DNA of 64,000 bases from Trichosphaerium sp. ATCC 40318. Taxonomy: Eukaryota; Protista; Tubulinea. Where the stretch lies: positions 186,001 to 250,000 of the forward strand of contig JALMLS010000385.1 in NCBI GenBank assembly GCA_038496445.1, in the 5' to 3' direction. The notes beneath the pieces are model-generated. The model saw only the letters and a program-made list of their open reading frames with translations, had not been told where the DNA came from and did no database searches. Below, in pieces: positions 37,173 through 49,455 of this stretch. Each line of letters opens with the position of its first letter. Position 1 is the stretch's first letter. The translations under genes and the position numbers were made by a program.

Positions 37173-39381
37173 ATGTCACAAAAGGGTGGAGATAGTAAAC
37201 ACTCGCCAGAGCAATGGTTTCTTATTTTATGTAAACTGTATGGAAAAGGCGAAATGAAGAGCGGAAATTGCTACTACAACGGTGTTAAGGCTGAAGTATA
37301 CTCTAATAAGCTTCATCACATCGGAGTAAACAAAGTCACTTGGATAAACAATCAAATAGCCAAGATCGGTAATAATAAGATAGGATATCATGGGGACGTA
37401 CTCTACGTAAACGAAAAGAACTTTGGGTTCAAAGTGGCTAAAACAACGACAAAAGAGCCTGAAAAACCTTCTCATACGCCAAACGCGTCCCTTGCAAGTA
37501 TTCCCAAGCGAGATAACATTGGTAGGCTCAAATCAGGCATTTGGCAGCTTGAGAATTACTTACCTTGCGTCCAAACGTTCTCTAAGCTGAAATACTCCGG
37601 AATTAACTTCAATGGATTTTACGTATCAGCACGAGGAAGAGTTTTGAAATTCTTCGGTGAGAGATCACAATTTCGGGTTCTTTTACAGCTTAAAAGTGAC
37701 GCACTACAAGCGCTTAACCCTGGCGTTGACTATGAAGCAAATATTAAGGACACTGGTTTTAACCCACGTGATTTAGTAAGTCATTAATTTACAACTTAAG
37801 TTGGCTTGTTCTAATTTCTTTGTCAAGGAGTACCCAGCGAACTGGAGCACGACTGTTACTAAATTGGCATCTACTCTCCATCTTGAGCACCCTCTAGATG
37901 ATCCTAATGTCATGCGCGGTCAAATAATAACAGGGAAACAGCAATCAAACACTTTGGTATGCGGAAGAAGACCAGTTTCTTTCACTTGTCTTCTTGAAGG
38001 TCCAAATGGTGCTGCTTCTCTTCACAGAGTAGATGCCAACTGGTACCGTCCAATGAATCTCCAACCACTTCCAGGCGTTGTAGAACGCTTTGATTCATTA
38101 TTGGCAGATACCATGCCGACTCCAAGCGGAGATTGGGAGTTCCTACCAACATTACAAATCCGACAAATAAGCGTTAATTCGCAAATGTGGCTTACCCTTC
38201 CTCCTGAAGATATTGCGAACTTGACAACATACTTGTTGGCAAAGAGGGACTGGTTGAAGTCTAGAATAAAGGCTGCTCCTCTTATAAAGACAGGACCAGG
38301 TGGAAGAGAATCTCCAGAAGATGCAAGAGCTAGACGACAGTACATGCATGAAGCTTGTAAGGGGTTGACAGGAGAAGCAAGAAGACTAGCTCAGAGAAAT
38401 GCTCATAAAGCACTTCGTATGCAGCAAAGGGGTGAAGCTCAACCAGCTTCTACTTCTTCGTCATCACAAGTTCCAGTAGATGAGCCTAAGCCTTTTGCGT
38501 GGACACAACGTATCTCAGACTTGTCTAGAACACTTCATATGAGAAAGACACGACATGCAGCATTCGTTGAATCAATTCCTAAAGCCAAAAGAGACAATGT
38601 CGGTGTGAGAATGACAAACGAATACAATGAAGGAAAGGTGAAATTAAATCGAGAAAAGATGTCTAAGAGAACAGAGATACCTGATGTAGACTCTATGGAT
38701 ACTGACGAAGATATAGCTTTGAAAGCAGCGTCTACTTTAAGGAGTGAATTCAGCACTGAGTTCTACTTCTTTACACCGTTTCCTACTAGTGTTGTGTACC
38801 CTCATCGTGGTATGTACACTGAACCTGCATGGGAAACAAAGCATCGCAAAGAACTTGAGGCAAAGACAGGTAAGTCTATTGCACCTGGTCCTATTAAGGG
38901 CATGGAGACGATGTCAGACAAGATTAAAGTTGACGCTTCTAATATTTGGAATGAGAGTGTTGCACAAGTAGAGAAAGATATGGAGGTAAAAAAGCAAGAA
39001 CAAAACTCTAACTCGAGTTCAAGCGCACGTGCGAAAAAGCCAACAACCTCTTCTCCTTCTCGTTCTTCCACGTCATCATCCAAGAGTAATAAGAAGCCTG
39101 TTTCTAAGAAGATGAATCTTGGTAAGATGGCTAAAGTAGCTAAAGGAAAAGCTAAGGAAGCGAAACAAAAAGCCAAAGATTTAAAGAAAAAAGCCAAAAA
39201 ATCAAAAAAGAATAAGAAAAAGTCAACAACAAAGAAAGCTGAAAAACCTGCGTCTAAAAAAGAAGAAGAAAGTGATAGTTTATCACTTTCATTAGATTTA
39301 GATTCAGACTTAGATCTGGAATTAGATGATGACTTTGAGCTTGACATGAGTGACCTTGATTTAGAGTTGCCGGATTTGTAA
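37173..39381 (+). CDS. Hypothetical protein, 2 exons (intron ~37777-37828), with Lys-rich then Asp/Leu-rich C-terminal tail
   Basis: Two long ORFs joined in frame by a GTAAGT...AAG intron; tail KKKAKKSKKNKKK followed by SLSLDLDSDLDLELDDDFELDMSDLDLELPDL. Confidence 0.75.
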
Positions 39382-39652
39382 GTGTTGAAAAATAAATTAA
39401 TTCAAAGCACTCTTTGGTTTCTTGTCTCAAAAGTCTTACACTGAAAAAACATCGCAAACGCTGCTAGGTTTCCAAGGGAGAGTTAAAATACATAACTGTT
39501 ATTCGCCTCTAATAAGTAACGCTTTGAAAAGTTGTTTATCATGTTAGTTTTTTGTCGTCTTACACTGGGTGACATTACGTGGGTTACTCTAGATTAAAAT
39601 CTAGCTCCAACTTAACCCGTTTCTGTTTAAGTATTCCTCCAACGTCAACAAT

Positions 39653-40935
39653 ATGGGTAGCGCACCTGCTCCTATACATAAGCTGTATATTTATGAGAGT
39701 GGTAGAAACAAAGAGTGTGGAACTATTAGAACGGACATAGCACTTCAGATACCAGTGTTAAAGCATCAAATAGAAATAAAGAACACGTCTGGAGATACTT
39801 CCGATTCTCTTGTATTAAAACTTGGTCAAAATGTCTCTGAGAGATCAATTTGTAGTACGACTCTTATTTACCTCCCACGACTATATAGTTGGTTTAATTG
39901 TGTTTACAGGTGTTATACAAATCCTTGAGGGTAGGATTGAAGTCACTAGTGAAGATATTAGAGACACATTAGCTGAAGTCACTGTAGCCGCAGATTTTTT
40001 GGGATGTCAAGTACGATTAGCTCGCTACTCATATTTAATATTGTGAAGGAACTCTACGAAAAACTACTTGTCCAACAAGCTCTAGCAACCAATGGCTCCT
40101 TGCCCACAGAATTGAGCCTCTTGTTCAAAAAAGTGGACTTCTCTGAGCTTAAGCATGATCCCAAAGTAGCAGTAGCTCTGATGCCGTTCATGGGACAGCA
40201 AAAAAAGGTTTGGGCTGCAAGTATGTCCCATAGATAAACTATTGTACTATATATTAACACGTGAGAACTAGAAAGTGTTGTGGATAACAATGACAGCGTA
40301 GAATGGGTCAGTAAAGTTGTTGAAGGACTAAACTTTAAAAGTTGTTATCAACTATACCCAACTGAGTGTTCTCATATTATTCTCAAATGTTTCACTCTTT
40401 TCAAGGAACAACTAAAAAGAACTTTCGGTAAAAACAGGCGAGTAGATCGCAAGTATTATCCAGTCAAGGCAATTGGATTATTAGCAAGCCCATCATTTAT
40501 TGAATTATATTGTTGTTATGTACCACCTAAACATATATTACAACTATTTGAAGAACAGAAAGCCTAGTAAGCTCCAATGATAAAACAAGTATTTAACCTT
40601 TTTTTTATAGTTATGTGCGTAACCACATGGAGACGAAATCATATGAAATGCTGTTGACTATTGCACTACAATACGCTTGTGATAAAGCACCTCCAGAGGA
40701 ATGCCTCAACATTCTTTGCAAGGTCACAGCGAAAAAGGACAACGCATGGTATTACTTAAAGTCACAATTTGTTGTTAATATGAGTAGGCTCAAATTGTGC
40801 GTCAAATGCAGAAATGATACTGACATGCTCGCAAAAATATGTGACGGACTCCTAAAATCTAGTGAGTTCAATGCCAAAGATATGCCCAAGACGTTTCAAC
40901 TTCTATCAGATGTTGTTGTATTCACAAATCAATAG
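39653..40935 (+). CDS. BTB/POZ (Skp1-like) domain protein, multi-exon
   Basis: IRTDIALQIPVLKHQIE...LAEVTVAADFLGCQELYEKLL resembles the BTB/Skp1 fold, followed by a helical region. Confidence 0.55.
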
Positions 40936-41319
40936 AATGTTTAGCATAAATTAGTAGAGTAGATTTCAACTTTACACCTATAAATTGCTTGCCGCTACTC
41001 TCACAAGCATGTTTTTTCCAAGGCACTACGTGACTTAAAGCAAATGTTACAAGCCTTGCATGTAACGGTTCTTAAGGGCACACATACGGTTTGCTACCGG
41101 TTTTGTTTTGTAGTGCATAAACACAATCTTTAATTGGTCCTATTTTAAGTGCTACTGCCAGGGATTGACCTTGTCGTCGGAATACCCAACCTGCAACTAT
41201 TATTGTAATAGTATATGTAACTCTTAATACTATTTCTTAAACTTGAGGCAATAAAAAAGAATTTTCTTTAAAAGTACAACAGTAAGCTTTTATTTTGCTT
41301 TCGTTTTTTTTTGTAACAA

Positions 41320-44122
41320 TTAAAAATGACGACCGTGATGGTGTCCACCACGATGACCATGACGATGGTGACCACGGTTGAAGCTATGGCTACGGTGACC
41401 ATGATGGTGGTGATGATGGCCACCACCACCAAGACCAATAACAGTTACACCTGGTCTACTAAAAGCTAAGCCGGTGCCAACTGTAACTTGCTATTTAAAA
41501 AAAATCAATAAATAAAGTCAAACTTGCTTGAAAGCACCACGTACGTTATGGTGATGATTATGATTTTGATTTGAAGAATGAACACATTTATCTATTATTA
41601 CTGCAGAAGCTAATATAACAAGGGCATCTTCACCAGGCATGATCTCGATCTAAACAAACACAAAAAATCAGCACATGTTCAAAAAAAAATACAAACAGTT
41701 TCAAGTCGCTCCAGAATCCGTTTTTTTTTTCCACCCAGAAACATCTTACGTTTTGTCTTGCTTATAAAAACAGTGTTTTCAAGGTGGGAAAAAAAAAGCG
41801 AAGCTGTCACAGAACCAAAAAACAATTGTTGCTTTTGTTTGAAAAAAAATTCTTCTTTGTTTTTTCTTCCTTACACCATAAGAATCTGAGTAACTAAAGA
41901 AATCTTTGCTAGCACGTGCTACAAGCCTTCCACCACGTGTGAAATTAAAGTCGCAGTTATACCAATTTCCCTAATCATTGTGTTAACCGCGAAAAAATAA
42001 AGAAAATGAAGAGGTTGAGGTACTGTTACGACAAGTTTCTGACCAATGTGTGTATCCATTTCAAACTTTAAGTTACCAAGAGTAAACTTTTGTTTTAATG
42101 TTGTATGATGTCTGCCAAGAACGTAAATAGAATATTGTGGCATTCCCAGACGCAGCTTTAAACGAACAAATTAGTAAGCGAGGTAAGAAACCCAAGAAAA
42201 ATTTTAATGAAAAAAAAAGTTGTTCGTTTACCTGTTGCTTTATTTGACCAATATCCTGACCATTTCTACAGTCTGTTATGTACATATCTGTACCGAGAGA
42301 AATAACTTTATTCTTGAATACAAATATTGGGTTTCCATAGGCGTCTTCAATCTTCATATTCGCTTAAACAAGAGTCATTTAATGACACATGTCAAAGTAA
42401 AAAAAAAAAAGTTTTTTGTTCTTCGCTCCCGTACATGAAAACCATTTATGTTTAAGTCTAAACCTTGTTGGCATTTGAAACGCAGTTACTCCCTAATGAA
42501 AAAATGAGTAAGAGAAATCAATTTATTGGCGTGACTAAGAAAAAAATAGGAAAAAAATCCAAAAGAGCCTTACCATTGGAAGTGTTCTTGGAATCACTTG
42601 AGGAATAGATGCCGAAACAATAATGTTGTGTTGACCTGGTGCTGCGTTACCAGGGTACCCTGTGTTTCTTGTAGGATAATTCTGTGTTGCTGTAGGAGGG
42701 TACTGATTACTATTTATTGGTTGTTGGTATTGCTGTGGTTGAGGATGAGTCATGTAAGGATTAGGTTGCATCATCTGTGGTTGAGGCGGTGGGTACGCTT
42801 GCTGTTGTGGCATAGGTACAGCAGAAGGATGATGCTGTGGCGGTGGATATGCTCCACCTGGATATGGCTGTGGTGCTACTGGAGGATATCCCTGTTGTGG
42901 TGGTGGCTGCATTCCTTGTGGTTGCATTGATCCATTAGGTTGCTGTGGAGGTGGGTACGCTTGTGGAGCCTGTGGCTTTCAAAGGGTTTAGTTTTCAAAA
43001 CGTACTTGTTTATTTTCATTAAATTAAACTTACTTGAACTGGTGGTGCACTTGGTAAAGCATTTGGAGCCGGATACTAAGAGACAATAAGTTGTTTTACC
43101 ATCATTGTTTTAAAGTTTATTTTTTCGACTTATAAAAAAAATCCTTGCGTACCTTTCCCATCGGTTCAGGAGCCAAAACCTTCAGAAAAAAACCGTGTTA
43201 GCGCGTCAATTTTTTTTGAAGTGTTCAAAAAGATGTTACAAAAAACGAGTGTTAAGAACTTCTTCATTTTTTGAAGAAAATGTTGATAGCTTCTCTAGTG
43301 TTTAGCGCTTTGTTGTGTGGTCATTCTTTTGTTTTGTGTTTTTATGGTTTTTTACAGAATTCGTTTTTAGTACCTTTGGTTCTGGATATTTTGCCGCAGA
43401 CGGTGTTGTTGTGCTGTTAGTTTTTACATCACCCCAACCGGGTTTTGGCGTCAAGAATAATTCTACAAGCAATTTTCCATGCGGAACGCCTTTTAAATCA
43501 ATCCTTTAGTGGAGTTAGGTAATGAATAAATGATAAAAGAGCAATTTAGGTCATTAGTATCCGTTTTCTACACTTTTATACTTTGTTGGTTAAACCTCAT
43601 TAGGAGGTTTTTGACGCCAAAGTGCTTTTGATTTAACTACGAATAAAGTGTTTTAATCCGTACCAGCGTTTAACTCGTGTATTTGCTTTAATTGCATCTA
43701 ATTGTGTATCACAATGGCCCATGCTGTCGTTACCACGGAATGTATTCTTGTTCTAAGCGTGGTGTAAAGAAAACGGTAAAAGTTGATATTTGATCAAATA
43801 CCCAGACGTGAAACTCCACAGAACACTTCTTATTACGTATACCAAAGTTAAACGACTTATTCCAAACAGGATTTAAAGTCTACAAACAAATTAATAAAAA
43901 TAACCTAAATATGAATAGCGCTACGCCGTAGCTGTAATTTTAGCCATTTGATTGGTAACGTACGTCATAAGTTGGATTTGTCCGTTGTTTTGGTTGTTCG
44001 GTGTCTCCAACTATTCTAACGTTACAATACGGGTCTGCTAGACCATCTGTATCGCAAGCAATTAGGTTTTCTGCCCCTAGAATGAGTACATGCAAGTCTG
44101 CGATATAAAGTGCTGAAGCCAT
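41320..44122 (-). CDS. C2 domain + Pro/Gln-rich linker + LURP-one/scramblase-like (Tubby C-like) domain + His-rich tail; one multi-exon gene
   Basis: Spliced exons read continuously: LHVLILGAENLIACDTDGLADPYC..TLNPVWNKSF..EFHVWNKNTFRGNDSMG (C2); YPPPQ repeats; IEDAYGNPIFVFKNKVISLG..IGQIKQQ..GEDALVILASAVIIDKC (LURP-one); tail GHHHHHHGHRSH...HHHGRHF. Confidence 0.8.
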
Positions 44123-44429
44123 GGTATATTGGTAGCTACCACTTCAATTTGTGGTTTCGTTGAATGCAAAAGACGGTTGGCTAAAAAAAACCCGCAAATA
44201 ACTTTTGCTTTAATGCTATTTGTGTGACACAGTTCGTAGAGATTCGGGTAAACGTTGTCAACCTCTGACAAAAACCGTTTCTTGAAACGGAAAGCCTTGC
44301 TTCGCGTATGCATTGGTAGCTGGATTCAACACGTGATTAGAAAGTACATGCCGCATCTAAACCACTACACCAAAAGCTTGTTAACACTCATTGTTGGAGG
44401 GGTGGAATTGTAAAAAGAATATTCAAGGT

Positions 44430-44990
44430 GATTTTTATTGATTGTTCCAGATTAGAACGAGAAACAGTAAAACAACTGTAATAATATGCATAACATTGAG
44501 ACAAGTTGCGCTGCTTTTACTTGGTGTACTACTCATGGGAGTAACAGGATCCACTGACGTAGTAGGAGCAGTTGTTGGAGCAGTTGTTGGAGGTTCTGTA
44601 GTCGGAAGTAATCACAAAATAATAAATTGTATTCAAGTATTATTAAAGATGTAGTTGAGTTGTGGTATATAGGCAACCTTTCTGTTTGAGTTGCAACCTA
44701 AGATTTATAAGTACCAAATTTGTAACAACTGTGAGACTAGTACACATACTATTCCAAACCCACAAGGGGTGCAGATACAAAAGCAACATCTGGATGTGTG
44801 TATTTGAGAGAAAAAAATGAGAATGAAACAAATAAGAAAAATTCTGACTTTATGAGATGTGTCAGAAGCCCTAGTGAATAGAACATGAAGAATATCTAAA
44901 TGCCTACCTTCTTCAAGCCATCTTTCATGGCTCACAAATATTTGATTCTTGTAGCCATGACCTAGCCATAACATTGACCAAACACCATCC
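44430..44990 (-). pseudogene. Probable decayed GPI-anchored Thr/Pro-rich surface protein fragment
   Basis: PTTEPPTTAPTTAPTTSVDP...SSATCLNVMHIITVVLLFLVLIW looks like a mucin stalk plus GPI signal, but in-frame stops lie just upstream. Confidence 0.35.
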
Positions 44991-45051
44991 GAACTTATTT
45001 TACAAACCTTCTTTTTTTTTTCTGAATGCGTTTATGATTTCCTTGTAGAAA

Positions 45052-46449
45052 ATGGAAAACACAGAGCTGCGGGTGTTTTATGGTGCCTAGTAATTGGCTA
45101 TTACTGTGCTGCGCGCATAATATTGAAGAGAAATTCGAAGACTTCCAAACAGGTGATAACTGATTCGCAGGTAACGCTCTTTACCAAGCGGGTAAACTGA
45201 TGTTACAATATCTAAGCCAACTTTACAAGAAGATAACTCAGAACAACGCCAAAACACTAGGTAAAATGCCATTTTAACGTTTAGTAGCTGCGTGTCTAAA
45301 CAAAAAACCATTAGAAGATGAGATACATGCCTCACAATCGTATTCTTGCCATCTATTACACCTACCACTTGAGTTACAGTTTGATATTATCGATTTAGAC
45401 TCTAAACTGTACATAAAGTGGCCTCTCTTATGTAAGCAAGCAGCTGTGACAACAAGATTTGATTTTGAGTTAAACAAACATGGGAAATGGAATAAGATTG
45501 ATACTGAGAACTACCACAAGGATATATCCGAATTAGAATGTTTTAAGGAACACTCAGATATTACGGTAAATACATAAAACTCATTTAAATCCACTTTTAT
45601 TTAAACAGTTATTCACAGGTTACTGCTCAGTTTCAGCACGGATGTTATGATGGTGAGTACAAGAAATGGTATTGCGCTGGTTTCTTCTGTAAAGCAAGTC
45701 ATAATTGCCAAAGGCTCCACAGGTCAGACCACAAGCGCCTTCATATTTGGTATTCTCAATGCCTTAAGTCTCTTGATTGGTCTTATGATGAAAAACTATG
45801 GGAATATTATAAGGATGGACAATTAGAAGAGAAGAGGTACTATGTTAATGGTAAACTACAAGGTGAATTCAAAAGTTGGCACATCAATGATCAAGTAAGG
45901 GAGAAATGTTATTATATAAATGGTAAACGACAAGGTGAGTACAATATGTGGTATCTTGATGGTCAGTTGTCAATGCAGTGTTATTATAAGGATGGTAAAC
46001 TAAACGGCAAATACAGAAATTGGTATAAGAATGGACAACTGTACATAGAGAGCACTTACGTCAATCATAAACTTGAAGGAGATTTCATAGAGTGGCATAA
46101 CAACGGACAAATGAGAGAGAAGTATTGTTGCACCAATAATAGACGTGAAGGAGAGTATAGAAATTGGTATTACAATGGCCAATTAAGCAAGCAAGCTATT
46201 TATGTTAACAACAAAAAGAAAGGAGAAGAAAAAACCTGGTATGACAATGGTCAAATCAGAAGTATCCACCAAATTGGTAGGTTTGCTACAGAGTGCAAAG
46301 AATGGCAAAGAGGAGAATTAATTCACTACACCAACCATGTTGTGGGTCCTCGACTTGTTGTGCTTTTATGTGTGACTGTTTTTCCATCAGTTGTGATACT
46401 GATAATTGCAGTGTTATATGCTGGTTTTTATGGCAATGACCGATTATAA
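45052..46449 (+). CDS. F-box-like plus MORN-variant repeat protein with C-terminal transmembrane anchor; start uncertain
   Basis: LLHLPLELQFDIIDLDSKLYIKWPLLCKQAAVTTRFDFELNKHGKW is paralogous to the 29308 gene; MORN-variant repeats; tail LVVLLCVTVFPSVVILIIAVLYAGFYG. Confidence 0.78.
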
Positions 46450-47638
46450 TTCTGTTTGGAAGAAAGATGATGTTGTACCAATTGTAATATGCAAAAAAAA
46501 TTCTTTTACACTGCATCACAATGATATTGTTAGGGTTGATGTTGATATAAAGTAGGTCTAAAGGAAGCGTAAAAACCGAGTTTTGGAGTAAAGGACCAGA
46601 GCGTCTTTAATTTTTTTATTGTTTCTCTCAGTCACCAAAACCACGGATAACATTGTATCCAACACGATGCTTACTAAAATGTCGAAAAAGTCGACAAAAT
46701 GTTGAAGTGATATTGAACTGTTAGCCACAAAGAGAGACAACTGGGTTATAGCGCTCAGTTGCTGCTAGGCTCTGCCCCCAACCACCCCTTACTTACTATT
46801 ATTTCAACTGGGAGTGTAATATCCAAATCTAGATTGGGAAAACAAAAATTATTGGGAAGACAAAACAAACTAGCATGGTCCTTGTGTACTAATAAAGGAA
46901 TTGCAATAGTCATTGGTGACAATAAACTCTAATATAGCAGCATTTATCAGTAGGTGGACGTTTATTCATGGTATGTTTGGAGTATCTATACTTGTGGTCA
47001 TAAATACATCATTTCTCTTGCAACGTTTGTGGCGATTTGGTGAATTCTTGGGTTTGGTTAGGTACCAAACTTACTACAGGTATGTAAAATTACATAAAAG
47101 GAAAATATACGAACTGAGTTCCAGCAAACAGTCGTGTTGGGCAGTAAATGCGCTGTACTTTGGCTAGCAAAAACATTCGGATTGGCTATCCACCATATTG
47201 TCTTTGCTTGATTCTAGTCCATATAAGAAACTATAAAGTATCCACACATCCGCTGGAAAGGCTTGGTTAATTTAGTTTAATGCCAACCTTGCTACCAGAG
47301 CAAAGTTGAGGCTGAGCGCTAGTAAGGCTGTACACTAAGGTCGTGTTAAAAAAAAGTCTCAGATGTTGTGAGGATGTAAAGAAATGGTGTTAAGACAGTA
47401 ATAAGGATGCAATTTGTGCCGTTTTGTCTCACCGTAAAAGCGAGAAGAATATCGAATAAACCAAGAAATTTTTTTTCAAATACGAATTTTGCAATTTATC
47501 CGTTTGGAAGTTCGCTAGATTAAGGATCCTCAGATTTTTAACAGTGACTATTTATTTTTTTCTACAAATCTTTGTACAACTTTAACCGGTATTTTCGAAA
47601 TTAATTAAAGAGTGAGGCTCACTGATTAAAGAAACTTT

Positions 47639-48519
47639 TTATAAAGGAAATTCTTTAGCCTCATTCCACAACTCACCAAATTCCTTTTTCCATAATGTGA
47701 TCGTGTGTTTGGCTGTACTAACATTTAAGTTTTCAGCATGACATTTGTGCGCATGATTAGTGTAGTTATATGCGCCAGAGAGCACGCAAAAATCATCTAC
47801 TATCATGGCTTTTAGATGCATCAGGTGAAAGGGTTTACCCCAAACCTTGACTTCCACAGTTGGCTTTTTACAAAGGTCTTTGAAGTACTCTTTGTACTCT
47901 TCGTACTTGTTTTTTTTTGTGTGCCGGTTTTCTAGGTAAATTGTAGACCAGTCAAGGAGAATACGCATGTCGCAGTCTTTTTTGATCAAAGCGTCCCTTA
48001 TTTCTAGATCATTGAAGGTATACATGGCAATGTCAATTGTGTTTAGAGCTGCACAAATGACTTTTTTAATTATCGCACGTGGTGTGATGGTCGGATTATT
48101 TTTCCTGCGTTGTGAAAAATACGTGTAGTTTTTCTCTTTGAAACCTTGTGGAAACAACGCTGCTGTGATGCTTTCTTTGTTGAGAGAGAGCCTCCTTTTG
48201 CGTGGTCTTTTTGGCTTCATATTTCTTGGTTGTCGGCTTTGTTGTTGTTGTTTTGTAGGAGGTTTTGTCGGCTGTTTCTGGTAACTGTCTAAGTATGCTT
48301 GCGCTGCTTCACGTGTTGCAAATCTTTTGTAATCGGCTTTTGAATACCTAAGAACTTGTTTTTTACAGTCTTCACTATTTATTGTAAGCGTTTATCAATC
48401 ACATTATTGAAAAGATTAGTAATGTACTAGTTGTCGTATATTCCTGGTTGGCGACCAACTGCCACGGCGTAGAATTTTTTTTTTCGCTTGTTCCTTCGTT
48501 TAGATGTTATTTCGGCCAT
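47639..48519 (-). CDS. RNase H1-type hybrid-binding (viroplasmin/Cauli_VI) domain fused to a single-HKD PLD-family nuclease (Zucchini/Nuc-like); ~275 aa, 2 exons
   Basis: Exon 1 48519-48428, GT-AG intron 48427-48375, exon 2 48374-47639, in frame. Reads KFYAVAVGRQPGIYDNYEDCKKQVLRYSKADYKRFATREAAQAYL, then IDIAMYTFND..MRILLD..MHLKAMIVDDFCVLSGAYNYT..HAEN. Confidence 0.88.
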
Positions 48520-49455
48520 ACAGTGTTTAGGATCTTAAATCTGTCTTCAATAATATAATCTTGACTGAGATAAAACAGGATATTATTGTGCGGTTGAAAC
48601 AATGTCAAAATGTCGCCCAAATTTTTGTTTTTCTTGCCAAAAGTCAACGTAATTAAGCTAACTTGAAGTTAAGGTTTGGAACACGGTCAAAATGTCTCTG
48701 AGAGATCGATTTGGAGAACACCAAATATTTGTCATGCAAACTAAAGAATGTCAGTTGAAAGTACGCTACATGGGGAATTCTGTTTTTTCGAAAAACTCTT
48801 TGAAGTGGGTGGTTCGCAGCAATTGATGCTACCTCTAGTGCCTGGATTAAAGAAGGATGATATCTAGTTACGTTTGGACCCTGATAACATGCTCGCAATC
48901 AAGGGAGATACATCCTATAAAACTGCTGCGGACAACGGCGAAGTCATCAGAAGAAGATCGAAGATACTCTGGATCGTTGATGTTGGTTGTTTACAAGAGC
49001 ATATGGCTATTGTCAATTTATCATGCTAGGGTTTGTGCTTAATTTTTTCTTTAGAAAAACCCAATAAAATTATTTATAAATGTTACCATCGCAAAACTTA
49101 CGGCTTTAATACTCATACATAAACTACCAGAAATACATGATAACGTTACGCCTTTCTTTGAGATCGTTGTAGGCATTAGACTTACACATAACCAAAGCGT
49201 GAGAACTTGATAACTATTGATTAATTCTAATCCACTTTTGGTAAAATTTTTTATTAATTGGATAATGTGATAACCATGTAGCATTAACCATAAACAAACT
49301 TCATCAAAAAAATCACAATAGTAGTATTTAAGTTACAATGTTTAAGATTTTTACATACGAGAGTAAGTTTTTTTTTTGGAGAAGTAAATAAGTGGGGTGG
49401 AAAGATGTCATGTGTGGTTACCACCTTTTTTTTTTTTGGAGGGTTTTTTGTTTAT

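Noticed and set aside
38802-39347. 181-aa hydrophobic minus-strand ORF, and the similar antisense ORF at 42598-42930
   Set aside because: Antisense shadows of Lys-rich and Pro/Gln-rich coding regions.
46558-47250. Short ORFs including a weak F-box-like TLPVEII|LSLF
   Set aside because: No coherent spliced model; at best a decayed gene.
45052-48519. YwqK-like gene convergent with the PLD nuclease as a toxin-antitoxin pair
   Set aside because: MORN-variant genes recur elsewhere in the window without nucleases, and this copy is membrane-anchored while the nuclease looks nuclear; adjacency alone is weak.
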